DNA of 64,000 nucleotides, taken from assembly GCA_020184695.1 (NCBI GenBank), contig JAANOX010000004.1, forward strand, positions 316,627-380,626. The letters are read 5' to 3'. Below the pieces are notes generated by a model, which was not told the DNA's origin, searched no databases, and saw only the letters and a list, made by a program, of their open reading frames with translations. Each line of letters opens with the position of its first letter. The stretch's first letter is position 1. Positions 43,482-54,767 of the stretch are shown one piece after another. The position numbers were made by a program, and so were the translations under genes. Source of the stretch: Histomonas meleagridis 2922-C6/04-290x (lineage: Eukaryota; Protista; Parabasalia).

Positions 43482-44760
43482 TAGGGGGTGGAAAAAGTGC
43501 GTTCGTCACCCTTTTTTTCAATGAATAAAAAAGTAAAAGAAAATTTGTTTATTTATTATGCTATGTATTCACCTTGAGTTTCAATTGTAATCAAAAGTCT
43601 GTTCATCCATTCATTATATACGGCTCTGCAGGTGTCTTTAGGAATACTATACAGTAATGCCTCAACCTTTTGAAAAAGTTGATCTCCATCTTCAAACTCC
43701 TCACCTTCGAGCATTTTTTTTAGATATCCGAACAGGAAAAAGTCAGACAGTGCGAGATCTGGCGAAAATGGGGGTTGCGGAGACTCTTTAATGCCCAATT
43801 CATTCAATTTTTCATGAACCAAATGAGGTCGGGAGTTATCCATATGCAAAAAATACTTCTTAGTTGGAATTTTTTTTGCCAAATCTCAAAGTACAACTTC
43901 AGAAAAAAAATTTCGATTAAATTTTTGACCTATTGGGAGCATTGTCATTGATTTGATACCAGTTATAGACCATATAACAGATATCATTACTTTTTTGGAG
44001 GCAATGATTTGTTTGGGTTTGTTTGGTTTTTGCACTCCAGATTTAATTCACATCGAGTTTCTCCAGTTCACAAAATAAATCCAGGTTTCATCTTGTGTCA
44101 ATATGTGCCTCAGCCTGTGGTCATTTGAACTAGAAAGGAATTCGGATAATTTAGAAGCAATGGCGGCTCTTTTGGCTCTAATCTTTGGAGTCGACTTATG
44201 TGGGATCCATTTAAAGTTAACTTTTTTCATCCCTAAAATATTAATCATTATATTTTTCACTGTTTTTGGATCTGCGCCTACATTCTTCGCAATTTTCTTC
44301 GTCGATGCATACGGATAACTTAATATAAAATTGGTTATTTTTTGATCTAAATCTGATCTTCTTGGTCTCCCTGTTTTTTTTCGATTCGAAAATTGAGAAG
44401 GTATGTTCATTCATCTTTTTTGTTAATTTCTGAACTGTTCGAAGTGTGATAATATTATCACCATATACAGCACATAATCGTCTATATATGTCTTGATTTT
44501 CATTTGATTCTAACCAAAGGAAATGTATAACAGAACGTAATTCCTCAATTCAAACTGACATAAGAATGATTAAACGTTCTTTTTCAGAGGGTATCCTGAA
44601 AAAAAGTTGTTTTACTTCATGCATCATATTTATTTGGAAAAAAGTATTATAATAAAAATGATAATATATTTATTATAGATTTTATTTATATAACTTGATT
44701 TTATAAATATCTAATATAAATCAAAAAAAGGCTTGACGAACGGACTTTTTCCACCCCCTA
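43482..44760 (-). mobile_element. Full-length mariner (Tc1/mariner) DNA transposon, 1279 bp, TA target duplication
   Basis: TIRs 'tagggggtggaaaaagt(g/c)cgttcgtca' at 43482 and reverse complement ending 44760, flanked by TA at 43480-81 and 44761-62. Confidence 0.93.
43556..44561 (-). pseudogene. Mariner transposase, disabled (3 in-frame TGA plus 1 homopolymer frameshift)
   Basis: MSV*IEELRSVIHFLWL..RRLCAVYGD HTH, TGRPR, KWIPH, ILTQDETW, LHMDNSRPH, QPPFSPDLALSDFFLF. Stops near 44550, 44048 and 43886. Confidence 0.9.
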
Positions 44761-45260
44761 TACTTTTGTTAACTAAGAAACACAAGAAAACAATTAAGTA
44801 ACGCATGCGATAATATAAGTAATGTTTACTAAATTATCATAGGGATAACATTAGAAATATTGTTGAATTAGTTTGTCTTGAATAAGTTCTTTAATAAAAC
44901 AAATTATAGAGAATTTGTGAAGAATGTGCTTAAATTGCTAATCGAAAATTATTTGTTTGAAAGGCAAGGAAATAGTCCGAAATTATCTTAGCACAAGCAT
45001 CCAGTTGTTCATATAAATCATGTAAAGTGTTATAATAATATTATTTCCTTTGTTCAAAGATATAGTTAATATTAATGCTTGCGATATGCAAATAATATGA
45101 GATATTAATCAAATTATTATAGAAAACATTCGAAATATTCGCTGAATATACTTCCTGAGCTCTTAAATGTCATTCAATTCAACATATCTTTGCCAAATTT
45201 CCTTAATTTGTTTTCCTAAAACGTCGAAAGTTATTATAAAAAGAGATTTTTACTTTACAT

Positions 45261-47894
45261 TCATTCCCATTTTGAGTTCGCGTTTATCATCTTTATCATC
45301 ATTTCCTTATAATTATTTGCGTCGCCAATCTTCACCACTATGAATTTATCCTTTTCGTATCTTTTGTTGCATTCCTTCATTTGTTCCTCGTTTTCGCACA
45401 GCACGAACTTTCTTGCGATTGCATTTTCCTTGAACGCCGACCTCACCACGTTTGGCTTATCATCGAACGTAGCGATCAAAACTGAACTTTTATATATATC
45501 ATTTGCGTCAGGTATATCATTAGCTTCATAATTTGCGATGTTACATAAAGCGTACGCTTCTTCGATTGTTTTCTCTTCGATTGGTAATCTCAATGTAATA
45601 TTTTTCATTTTATTTAATATTTCTTTGTTCAAATTTGTTAATCCGAACAAGAAATTTGATTTAATTCCATTGTTATTATTTTTACCGATTATTGAAATGT
45701 AAACTTTAATTGATGAATTTCGTATTAGTTGAGACACGTGAATATTATTTAATCCAATCATTATTAAGTTCTTTAGTATAGTATATTCACTATAACAATT
45801 ATTATTACTTGTGATATTTAATGGACTATTAACATTAAATATATATTCCGAAAGATATATATAATTCGAAACAATATGCGATGGATTCATATAAATCGTT
45901 AATTGCGTGAAGAATGACATTATGTCTTCATAATTATCAGGCTGTGAACCTGACTCGATTTCTAAGATGTTTTTAGCTTTAATTAAACATTCGTCTAATT
46001 CTTGATACTTTAATAAGGGATTATATAACCCGTTCTGAAAGATATATGAAAATCGATGTCCAATTTCATCGAATTTGGTCATTTGTTCATATAAATTATT
46101 AAATGATTGATTACTACATTTATATTTTTGCTTTAATATGTTATAATGTCGTCGAATATAAACATTCATAATATGATCAAATGATTTAAGTTCAGGTCGT
46201 AATGTTAAAAATGTTTCGAAGTTGATGACTTCAGATGAAAAGATATGAAACATTATTTGTAATGTACAATTCCCATTAAGTTTAGTCTCATTATATTCTT
46301 TTAATTCATGTATGTACTTATCAAATGAATCGAAAAATGTCTTCGGATTTTGGACGTAATCTTTTGCGTCTTTCGGAAGTTGGATTTGACTTTCTGTTCT
46401 TCTTTCAATCGATTTACGTAAATTGTTGTTAGGCTTGTTCTCAATCATTATATATATTATTAACTGAATGATCTCATTGATACTGTTCGTTGTTAATAAC
46501 TGAATCGTTTGGATTTGTTGATTAAGTTTCGTGGCGATTTTAATTTCATCATTTCCTTGCTTGTTGAATGTAATCATGTCGTTTAAATATGAACATAATT
46601 TATCAGTATCATAATCACCAATAAGTGAATCTAAGGCTTCAAAACAATATACTTTCGATGGATATTTATGTGGATCACCTGAATCAACTAAATATTTGAT
46701 CATGAATTCACGCGGAGTATTTGGTAAACCGGAATATTTGGAATATGGTGGTACCGTTGGCGAATTCTTAACTAAGAAAATAAAACGATGCATCATTTGA
46801 TTCGTGGCTGTTTGCGAATTTGAGGAAATTCGTTGTTTACGCGTGTTAACGGTCTCAGTGTCGATATAACCGCTGAATGTAAAGCTCTGAATTTCCTTTG
46901 ATGTGTCAAATGGAATCGGATTACAGCGATAAATACCTTCAAATGTCTTAAACTCATACTCTGTTAAGAACTTCATCGATGATAAGTTGGTGATATGCTT
47001 TTCTGTGTCTTTTGTGATTTCGGCTTTTTGAAATCTGGTAACTTTGAAATCTTTCATGGACTGTATAAGTTTGTTTGAAACTTCAGAATTAAGTTGGAGA
47101 TGCTTAATAAACAGTTTTTGGACTTCGGGTTTAACATTATGGAAAATATGTAATCCAAGATATGCTTTGAGATTTTCTGAAAATGGCTTTAAAAAACATT
47201 GCTCAAAAACCCTGCAGACAGGTCCATCAAACTCATTGAAGAACTTGATGACATATGATGGACAATATGAAAGATTCTTTACCCATCCTTTTTGAAGTAA
47301 ATCAAGAACTTCTGTAGAGTTAAAGTCTTCGCCATAAGAAATGAAATGATCAATGATGGGCCGAAATGCCTTGGAAACAAAAGTTAGGAAATGAGGTGTG
47401 AAAAATAATGAACGAAGATACATATAATTCGACTCTGCTTGACTATTAGACTTGAACAATATACGGATGTATTCCATGTAACTCTCAATTGAACTCTCGA
47501 AAAGAAAATAATTGAAATATGTTGGGATTAAACAAAAAGTAATATAATCAATATAATCATGTTGGGACTGATCAATGCTTAAACAGAATGTTGCAAATGT
47601 AAGTAATTCAGGAAATTGTGTGGGTGTAGGCTTCATATTTATTATGTTTGACTTATTGAGTTCGAATAATGTTGGAACACAGGGTTCCAATTCTACATGA
47701 AATTTCCGCTTCGAGCATTGCTCAATAACATATAATGTTAAATAATATTTCTTCATCTCGAAAAATATTGATTTAATTCTTTCGTCAATTGAGCCAAATT
47801 GTTTTTGTTTGACATCACGTTCAAGTTCACAAAGGGATTCATCGTTTTTGATGATTTTTTGATTTTCTCTTAAAGCTTCAACAAATTTTTCCAT
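45261..47894 (-). CDS. Large hypothetical protein, possible RasGAP-like N-terminus and VPS9-like domain (GAPVD1-like)
   Basis: 877-aa ORF. YEDIMSFFTQLTIYMNPSHIVSNYIYLSEY resembles the VPS9 GADDFLPVL..ANP..L.SN..YI motif. The similarity is weak. Confidence 0.45.
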   Translation of the reverse strand: MEKFVEALRENQKIIKNDESLCELERDVKQKQFGSIDERIKSIFFEMKKYYLTLYVIEQCSKRKFHVELEPCVPTLFELNKSNIINMKPTPTQFPELLTFATFCLSIDQSQHDYIDYITFCLIPTYFNYFLFESSIESYMEYIRILFKSNSQAESNYMYLRSLFFTPHFLTFVSKAFRPIIDHFISYGEDFNSTEVLDLLQKGWVKNLSYCPSYVIKFFNEFDGPVCRVFEQCFLKPFSENLKAYLGLHIFHNVKPEVQKLFIKHLQLNSEVSNKLIQSMKDFKVTRFQKAEITKDTEKHITNLSSMKFLTEYEFKTFEGIYRCNPIPFDTSKEIQSFTFSGYIDTETVNTRKQRISSNSQTATNQMMHRFIFLVKNSPTVPPYSKYSGLPNTPREFMIKYLVDSGDPHKYPSKVYCFEALDSLIGDYDTDKLCSYLNDMITFNKQGNDEIKIATKLNQQIQTIQLLTTNSINEIIQLIIYIMIENKPNNNLRKSIERRTESQIQLPKDAKDYVQNPKTFFDSFDKYIHELKEYNETKLNGNCTLQIMFHIFSSEVINFETFLTLRPELKSFDHIMNVYIRRHYNILKQKYKCSNQSFNNLYEQMTKFDEIGHRFSYIFQNGLYNPLLKYQELDECLIKAKNILEIESGSQPDNYEDIMSFFTQLTIYMNPSHIVSNYIYLSEYIFNVNSPLNITSNNNCYSEYTILKNLIMIGLNNIHVSQLIRNSSIKVYISIIGKNNNNGIKSNFLFGLTNLNKEILNKMKNITLRLPIEEKTIEEAYALCNIANYEANDIPDANDIYKSSVLIATFDDKPNVVRSAFKENAIARKFVLCENEEQMKECNKRYEKDKFIVVKIGDANNYKEMMIKMINANSKWE

Positions 47895-48021
47895 TGTCAA
47901 CCCAAAAAATTACTATAGACGGTTTTAGCGGTTATTCATATACTTACACTTTTATCTAAACTATTGAAGGAAAAAGAAACAAAATCACATAATTAAAATG
48001 ATTTGGAATCTTGCAATTTAC

Positions 48022-48678
48022 TCAATCATCCCTAGCTAATTTGACTCCAAGATCGTATGCCTTTTGTAGATCAATTGGGAATTGCTCTTCGTGCACTTTC
48101 CTTTTATGTTCTTCACTCATTGTCTCGATGTGGTATTTCTTATAGTCATTGCATTGCAAAGTATCAAATGCTCTCACTGCTTCACAATTACCAAAAATTT
48201 GCCTTAAGAATATCTCCGTAGTAACAGGCATTATTGAGAGTTTTTGTTTGGAAGAGTTATCAAACCATTCTTTTGAAATATTCATTGTGGTTATAAATCC
48301 AACCTTTGCTTTTCCTTTGTATCGAGACATTGGTGATTTATATAAATGGTTGACAAACATCAACCTTTCAAGTAAGCATCTCATCATACCACTTTCGCTG
48401 AAGAAATACAATGGAGTTCCGAAGCACATTGCTTTGTATGATTCACATTCTTTAATATATTTTGTAAGATCATCATTAAGAGAACAAACACCCATTTTAT
48501 CATCAGTTAAGTGGCAACTTAGACATCCTTGGCATCCTTTGAAATTAAGATCAGAAAGATGTACCAATTCCGTCTGAGCTCCTTGAGATGATGCTCCTTC
48601 TAGGAACTTTTTTAGCATTTGAGCTGTGTTGCCATTCTTCCTTCCACTTCCATTAAATGCCACGACTTTCTTCAGCAT
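48022..48678 (-). CDS. Iron-sulfur flavoprotein (Isf) / NADPH-dependent FMN reductase family
   Basis: NGSGRKNGNT phosphate loop, CQGCLSC..C [4Fe-4S] motif, FGTPLYF, LLERL, AYDLG. Confidence 0.9.
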   Translation of the reverse strand: MLKKVVAFNGSGRKNGNTAQMLKKFLEGASSQGAQTELVHLSDLNFKGCQGCLSCHLTDDKMGVCSLNDDLTKYIKECESYKAMCFGTPLYFFSESGMMRCLLERLMFVNHLYKSPMSRYKGKAKVGFITTMNISKEWFDNSSKQKLSIMPVTTEIFLRQIFGNCEAVRAFDTLQCNDYKKYHIETMSEEHKRKVHEEQFPIDLQKAYDLGVKLARDD

Positions 48679-49130
48679 AAGAAATGAGATTACAACGTGT
48701 CATTTTTTTTAAGCATTCAAAATTGATGAATTAGCGTAAACTAAAATTATTCAATTTTTGACTGAAACGGTTCCAGAAAATGTAAACTATTCTATTAATG
48801 TGAGCGAAGTTTCAGCTTCTTCTTGCCCATTTCCCATATTCATTAAATCTTCTCTATGTTTTAAACTTACTAGCTACCTTAAAAATATATTTTATCTTTA
48901 ATATTATTTTTCATAATTAATCAAACCTAAATCTGAATTGTATCTTTCAAAAAAAAAAAACTTGATGATTCCAATATTATGTCCAGGAAACAGGTTAAGC
49001 AAGCTTCGTTTCACCTCAAATACCGGATCTCGTTTTTCTAAAAAGGATATTTAATGATTATGATATTTTTACTTAAAATCACTATTTATCTACAAAACAT
49101 AATTTTACATATACATAGTATATCTAAATT

Positions 49131-50117
49131 TTATTTATTTTTCTTTGGTATTGGAAGATTTGGAAGTGGCGGATTTGGATAACTTTGATTTCCAATCAGC
49201 TTTTTCCTAAGGTCATCTTCCGACAGTTCATTGTAAATATTTTTATGGATGATTAATTTTTCCAAATATATTGGAGATATATCTACTCCAAATTTAGAAT
49301 TCAAGTTATACTTCCTTTGCTTTTCCAAAAGAGCTATATAACAGTAAACAAGTAACTTACCATATAAGTGAACCAAATTTTTCCATTGCGGCGTGAGCGG
49401 TTTTGGAATTGATCCACCATGCAAAAATGAATCAAACTTTATTTGAAAGAGCCAGTAAAACATTTTCATGTGCTCGCAAACATCTTTGCCTGATTTGTTG
49501 ATTGCAAGCGTTTTCTCGAAGTCATCAAGATAATGTAAATTTGTAATTGTTCCAAAATATAAAAATGTGTTATAAAGCTTATCAAGTTGATTCCACTGAT
49601 GGGAATAAATCCAGTCAGTTGCACCTGGACAAATAATTTGGATATTAGTATCTAATAAAATATCAACAATTCCTTGTGGAATTTTGGGGGTCTTCGAACG
49701 GGGATCAAAATAGACAGTGAGCAATGGAGTGGAAAAGCTTAGCAAAGAGATCTCATCACTTTTTTCGGAAAAAATCATTAACGACATTAATTTAAAATGA
49801 GCTGCACTCTCCTTGAGCTTGTTAAGAGTTTCTTCATCTTCGTCATCTTTGCCATAAACCAGTAAAGTTTCACCAGGTAGCCATTGTAATTTGGGCATCG
49901 CTTCGAACATATTTTTTGTGTAAATTGTCCTCTGTTTTGTTGCTTTGCTTTTTGTTTGAAATTGACGATTCAAAGGATCAAAATCAGTTGAGTAAATAAC
50001 ATGTTGTTCCTCTGGTTGATTTACAACTTCTTGCAAAAGCAACTCTGTTTCCAAGTCGTCATCATCTTCGCTGTTTTCGCTATCATTGCTCTGTTCATTA
50101 GGATTACCCCAGTTCAT
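49131..50117 (-). CDS. Hypothetical protein (328 aa)
   Basis: Uninterrupted ATG ORF with acidic N-terminus; no recognised motif. Confidence 0.7.
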   Translation of the reverse strand: MNWGNPNEQSNDSENSEDDDDLETELLLQEVVNQPEEQHVIYSTDFDPLNRQFQTKSKATKQRTIYTKNMFEAMPKLQWLPGETLLVYGKDDEDEETLNKLKESAAHFKLMSLMIFSEKSDEISLLSFSTPLLTVYFDPRSKTPKIPQGIVDILLDTNIQIICPGATDWIYSHQWNQLDKLYNTFLYFGTITNLHYLDDFEKTLAINKSGKDVCEHMKMFYWLFQIKFDSFLHGGSIPKPLTPQWKNLVHLYGKLLVYCYIALLEKQRKYNLNSKFGVDISPIYLEKLIIHKNIYNELSEDDLRKKLIGNQSYPNPPLPNLPIPKKNK

Positions 50118-50438
50118 GAAGGGATTTATGTTACGATTAAAACGCGCAGAAATTTCGTCACTTTTCGATAAGCAAATTTGCGCGATTGCAAAAAATCAGT
50201 TGATTCCAAAATTATTCATTATAAAACCACTTCAAAAAAAGTAAAAACGCTTTCTTATTATTACTAAAATTTTATTTTTTTTCTTGATTTTCTCGAGGTT
50301 TAAAAATTTTTATTTTGAAATTAATCAATTAAAATATTATTCAACTTCAATATTAAAATCACTAAATAATTTTGCATGGTTAGGTAAGTGAATTTCATTA
50401 TTTAAGTTAGTTTTCGATAAAGAAAAAATTAGACGGCT

Positions 50439-50912
50439 TTACTCAGCATCTGGTTTAGCTTCCTCAGCTGGAGCATCTCCTTCTGGTTGTTCGTCATCAT
50501 CATCATCATCATCATCGTCGTCTTCATCAAAACCTTCCATATCGGCAGGATCAAAATTAAAGTTATTTTCAGCATCGTCGTCATCCGATGAATCAACCCA
50601 ACGGTTCCAATCTACGCTAACATAATGAAGCTTAACTGTTGTTTTAGCAAGTCTTGGCCACCAAACTGTTTGATCCTTCTTCTTCAAAACAATTTCAATT
50701 CCACTTGGCCTTACAATGTACTTAGATTCTGCCTTTTCTATTTCTGCGAAAAGCTCTATTTTTGTGTTGTATTCAATATCTTTTCCATAACTCTTTCCCT
50801 TAAAAATGAAGGAATTTCCTTCGATTTGTACTGATGGTTCAACTGCGTCAATAACCTTAACTGTAACAAGAACAACATCTTTACGTTGTGCCCAAATGAT
50901 TGGTGCTTGCAT
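50439..50912 (-). CDS. p23: Hsp90 co-chaperone p23 (CS domain, acidic tail)
   Basis: WAQR, WWPRL, VDWNRWVD and a poly-Asp tail. Confidence 0.92.
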   Translation of the reverse strand: MQAPIIWAQRKDVVLVTVKVIDAVEPSVQIEGNSFIFKGKSYGKDIEYNTKIELFAEIEKAESKYIVRPSGIEIVLKKKDQTVWWPRLAKTTVKLHYVSVDWNRWVDSSDDDDAENNFNFDPADMEGFDEDDDDDDDDDDEQPEGDAPAEEAKPDAE

Positions 50913-51776
50913 TTGTTCGAAATAAATAACCGCCGCTATAAGTGATCGATCATTTAAAAGTTGTCAGTTCACATTTGTATAAACTATTTAAATAATAATC
51001 AATTCTGTCAAATTTCTCCATCGTTTTTGTATGGTAAAACTCTTTCAAATTTGGCCAGGAAAAGGAAAGCATGATCAACGATTGATTACTGGAGATTCTT
51101 GGGCGAAATCAATATAAGATCCTCAGTAATTAATTTTTTGCTTTTTAATTTCGATGTTTATGTACTTTTGAAAAGATCTTTTTGATTTAAATCTTTTTTT
51201 GAAGTCTTCTCCTCCTTTAAACCAATGTTACCTTATTTTGTCCGACCATTTGCAAGTTTGGTATTTGAGATATATATGCAAAATTCTATTAAAATTTGAC
51301 TTAATTATCAAACATATGTTTTGAAAGAAGCCGCAAAATAGTTGCTTTAATGCCTCTATGAATGTTGGATTCTCGAATGGAAAAAATCATTTCAATTCTT
51401 CGAAACACATTTTTGCCAATAAATCTTATCGACATCGTAACGATAGGTGACTTTTGATCGCTGAAATAATTTTCTGGAATTGATTGAATAATTGAGAGTA
51501 ATACTTTGAATGATTTTATTTGCTGTTGAAATGGTATGCAATTTATTCTATAAGTATCTCAAATATCCATTGTATATTAAATGTATTTTTTCTGATCTTG
51601 ACAATGTTAAATAAACAATAAAATTAAATTTATAATATACATATTATAGTTATAGTAATATTAAATATATTTTAACTCTACATTTTCATGTGTTCCAAAT
51701 TTTATGTTTCAAATCATTCTGCCAACGGTTGATTTTATTTAGTTGAATTCCTTAACGTCTACGAAAAAACAAATAA

Positions 51777-52946
51777 ATGGATCCACAACAATTTGTCAAA
51801 ACATTACTTGATATACCTTGCAACAAATATTGCGCTGATTGTGGCTGTGCAAACCCACGATGGGCATCAACAACAATAGGTGTTTTCATATGTTCAACTT
51901 GCGCTGGAATACATAGAAGTTTCGGTACACATATTACGCTTGTTAGATCTTGTGATCTTGATAAGTGGACAACAGAACAAGCAAGAAGAATGAAAAAAGT
52001 AGGAAATGAAATAGGAAATAATTATTGGGAACATAATTTAGATCAGGCTCAAAAAAGAACATTAGTTCACAGCAACCTTGGGCTGTTTGTCAAAGACAAG
52101 TATATTGGTAAAAAGTGGGCAGACTTTGGTGATCCACCTCCAAACCAGATTAAAGACAATAAATCAAAAGAAAGCCACTCTTCCAACCTACATAGCACAG
52201 ATTACTACCAAGGTATAATTAACGATACTAATCAACCTCAATCCACATTAAGCGCCTTCAAATTTTCGAAGCCAATAACTGCTCATTGCACCAAAAAGAG
52301 CCACCGTGAAAGCAAGAAGCCAAGAGCTTCAGCAGCAGAAAGATTTGGAAAATCCAAATCCAATAATTCAAACACTTTTGAAGTCACCCCAGCAAACTCT
52401 TCTATTTTAAGTCAAGAAGCAACAATTAGCGACAGCCAAGAAAATGTTTCCAATATAATGGTACAGGATCAAATCAAAGATAATGATACACATAAAGAAA
52501 TTAAGCAAGAAGAGCACAAAACTCCAAAAGAAACCAATGACCCTCAGATAGTTTCAAACGAGTTTAAAAAGAGTGACTCTAAAGAAGAGATCATAATCAT
52601 TAATAATAAAGAAGATAACCAAATAACTAAAAAATCCACAGAAAGTGAACAAAAGGAATATCAAGAAATAGACGTTCTAAGTCCTAAAAAGAGATCGAAC
52701 CTATCAACAGATAAAAAATATGAAGAATTGAACTTAGGTGCAAGCGAGACTGGGAAAGAAGAAGCTCGCCTCGCACTAGATAAAAATAATTTGTCGAGAA
52801 CATCAGCATACATAAAGACAATTCCGAAATTCGGTCGACCTATCTCTAACAAACACAATTCCGCGAGACAAAGCACAGAAATCCGCGTATGCAGCAGCCT
52901 TTACGCAAATATTGTCACTAGACCGCGCAGAGAACCCAAAAAATAA
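51777..52946 (+). CDS. ArfGAP (SMAP/Gcs1-type zinc finger) with low-complexity tail
   Basis: CADC..PRWAS..GVFICSTCAGIHRSFG..VRSCDLDKW..VGN; catalytic Arg present. Confidence 0.92.
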   Translation: MDPQQFVKTLLDIPCNKYCADCGCANPRWASTTIGVFICSTCAGIHRSFGTHITLVRSCDLDKWTTEQARRMKKVGNEIGNNYWEHNLDQAQKRTLVHSNLGLFVKDKYIGKKWADFGDPPPNQIKDNKSKESHSSNLHSTDYYQGIINDTNQPQSTLSAFKFSKPITAHCTKKSHRESKKPRASAAERFGKSKSNNSNTFEVTPANSSILSQEATISDSQENVSNIMVQDQIKDNDTHKEIKQEEHKTPKETNDPQIVSNEFKKSDSKEEIIIINNKEDNQITKKSTESEQKEYQEIDVLSPKKRSNLSTDKKYEELNLGASETGKEEARLALDKNNLSRTSAYIKTIPKFGRPISNKHNSARQSTEIRVCSSLYANIVTRPRREPKK

Positions 52947-53592
52947 ACGAGCACTATCCTATTGAATTACTTGAAAACCGCTTTTTAAAGCATTGAAAAA
53001 TTGTTTTGAACTTACAAATAATGTCAATTTTAATTCAAAAGCATTCAAATTTTTGTGGTTATTCAATTTCTTTTTGTGCACATTTGATCAAATCAATCAC
53101 AACGTGAAATCAAGGAAAAGCAATCAAAAAGAGTTGACCAAAAATACCAACTGGTACCAAATCTATTCGGACTTATAATCGGTTTGGGAAGTTTGCAAAA
53201 GAATTATAAAATTTATTCTTTTCCATTCTATCATGCAATCATAAGGAATTCTGACTTAAGTGATAAAATAATAAGAAATTCTTATAGGAAAGTTTCCATT
53301 TGTTCACAATAAAATCAGACCTATTTTATTTATTGATTTTGTAAGTGTGATAAAACATTATGAAAAGTGACACTTTATTTAAAACGATGATCCATCTATT
53401 GAAAAAGTGGTCATTTCACAACGGTCACCGCTGTTTCAAACCATTTTCATCAAGCAATCTATTTAAAAAAAATTCAAAAATTGAATCTCTTTCACATTAA
53501 TTGTTATTTTACAATTCTAATGAAAATCATAAAATTTCTTTTTGTTAATCAGCCACATAAAAAAATATTTTTATAAAAAGAAAATTTAGCAT

Positions 53593-54651
53593 TTAGCAAA
53601 CATCTTCAGGGTTCGGATGCTCGTCTTTTTCTTCGTCAGGCTTCGGCCCGAGGAGACACGCTGCTATCCTCAGCCCGAGGTTCTTGTTTTCCTCTTCTGT
53701 TTCATAGTCGTCTAACTCACGCAAAACGAAGATAATGTGCGAGTTGATGAGCGTCGACTTACCGATTTCGCTTTGTGTCAAGAGCATCAAAGTTTCGAGA
53801 ATGTGAAATCGATTTTCTGGAAGTGGCTCTGGATCGCCAAATATAATTGTTGGGAATGCTTTGTGAAGCATTTCTGCTGCAGTAATGTTGTCCTCAATTG
53901 TCTTTGAGATGAGTGGTCTGACAAGATATGGAAGGATATTAGCTTTTTTGAGCAAGTACTCATGTTGTTTTTGATCGAAACAAAGATTACGGATGACGCC
54001 AATGATTCCTTGTTTTCTTATTGGATTATCGCCAGATATTGAATCCATAAGAGTTGGCATGAAGAAGTCTGGTGTCTCGAAGAAAATTTGTCTGCCCTCT
54101 GGCATAAGAGTGGCGTTCATTAATACCATAGCTGCATATTCATATTCGTCAGATGGAGATGATGCAATTAGATTAAGCCCACGAAGAGGAGATGCATGTG
54201 GAATAGATGTTGAATCTTGTGGAGTAGTAAATCTAACAGCTAATCGAAGAAGTCTTTGACCTTTAAGATCTTTATCTTGCAAATCAAGTAATTGAAGACA
54301 ACCTGATTTTTGGGTTGTAAGGTTTGTAAGAAGCATTAATCTTTCATGTACAACTGTTGGCTCCGCTGATATAATTGCATCGACTAAACGAGTAACAGCC
54401 TTAAGACCAATTAATTGGTCAATAGCAGATGGAACATTTGATGTAATATTGATAAGTGTTTCTATACTGTTTTTAGCAACATCTTTATTTGGAGAAGAAG
54501 TGTGTCTAAGAAGATCTGGTACAACTTGCTTTAAAAGAGCGCAATGTTTTTCATCAGCAGATAATGATTTGCATATTTCTGTTACTTGAGCTAATGTATT
54601 ATCATCAGTCTTTTTTAAGAGGTCAGAAATTGTTCCAATTGATTCTTCCAT
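53593..54651 (-). CDS. HGH1: HGH1 (FAM203) eEF2 chaperone homolog
   Basis: ARM-like; ETLINIT, MLLTNLT, AMVLMNAT..GRQIF, RKQGIIGVIRNLCFD..HEYLL, ILETLMLLTQ..G, VLREL. Confidence 0.8.
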   Translation of the reverse strand: MEESIGTISDLLKKTDDNTLAQVTEICKSLSADEKHCALLKQVVPDLLRHTSSPNKDVAKNSIETLINITSNVPSAIDQLIGLKAVTRLVDAIISAEPTVVHERLMLLTNLTTQKSGCLQLLDLQDKDLKGQRLLRLAVRFTTPQDSTSIPHASPLRGLNLIASSPSDEYEYAAMVLMNATLMPEGRQIFFETPDFFMPTLMDSISGDNPIRKQGIIGVIRNLCFDQKQHEYLLKKANILPYLVRPLISKTIEDNITAAEMLHKAFPTIIFGDPEPLPENRFHILETLMLLTQSEIGKSTLINSHIIFVLRELDDYETEEENKNLGLRIAACLLGPKPDEEKDEHPNPEDVC

Positions 54652-54767
54652 TATGATTTTGGTTCGACCACTTTTCTGTGGTCATTAAATTTTGGGATTC
54701 GGGCACCCCAAACAGCATTCAAAAGTGAATTGATCATGTTATTTCTATCGTCAAAAGTGTACTTTCA

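Noticed and set aside
43556-44561. TGA reassignment or readthrough suggested by three in-frame TGAs in the transposase
   Set aside because: TGA is used as a normal stop in intact genes here (FANCD2 4693-4695, RCR E3 28245-28247), and the element also has a frameshift. Decay is the simpler explanation.
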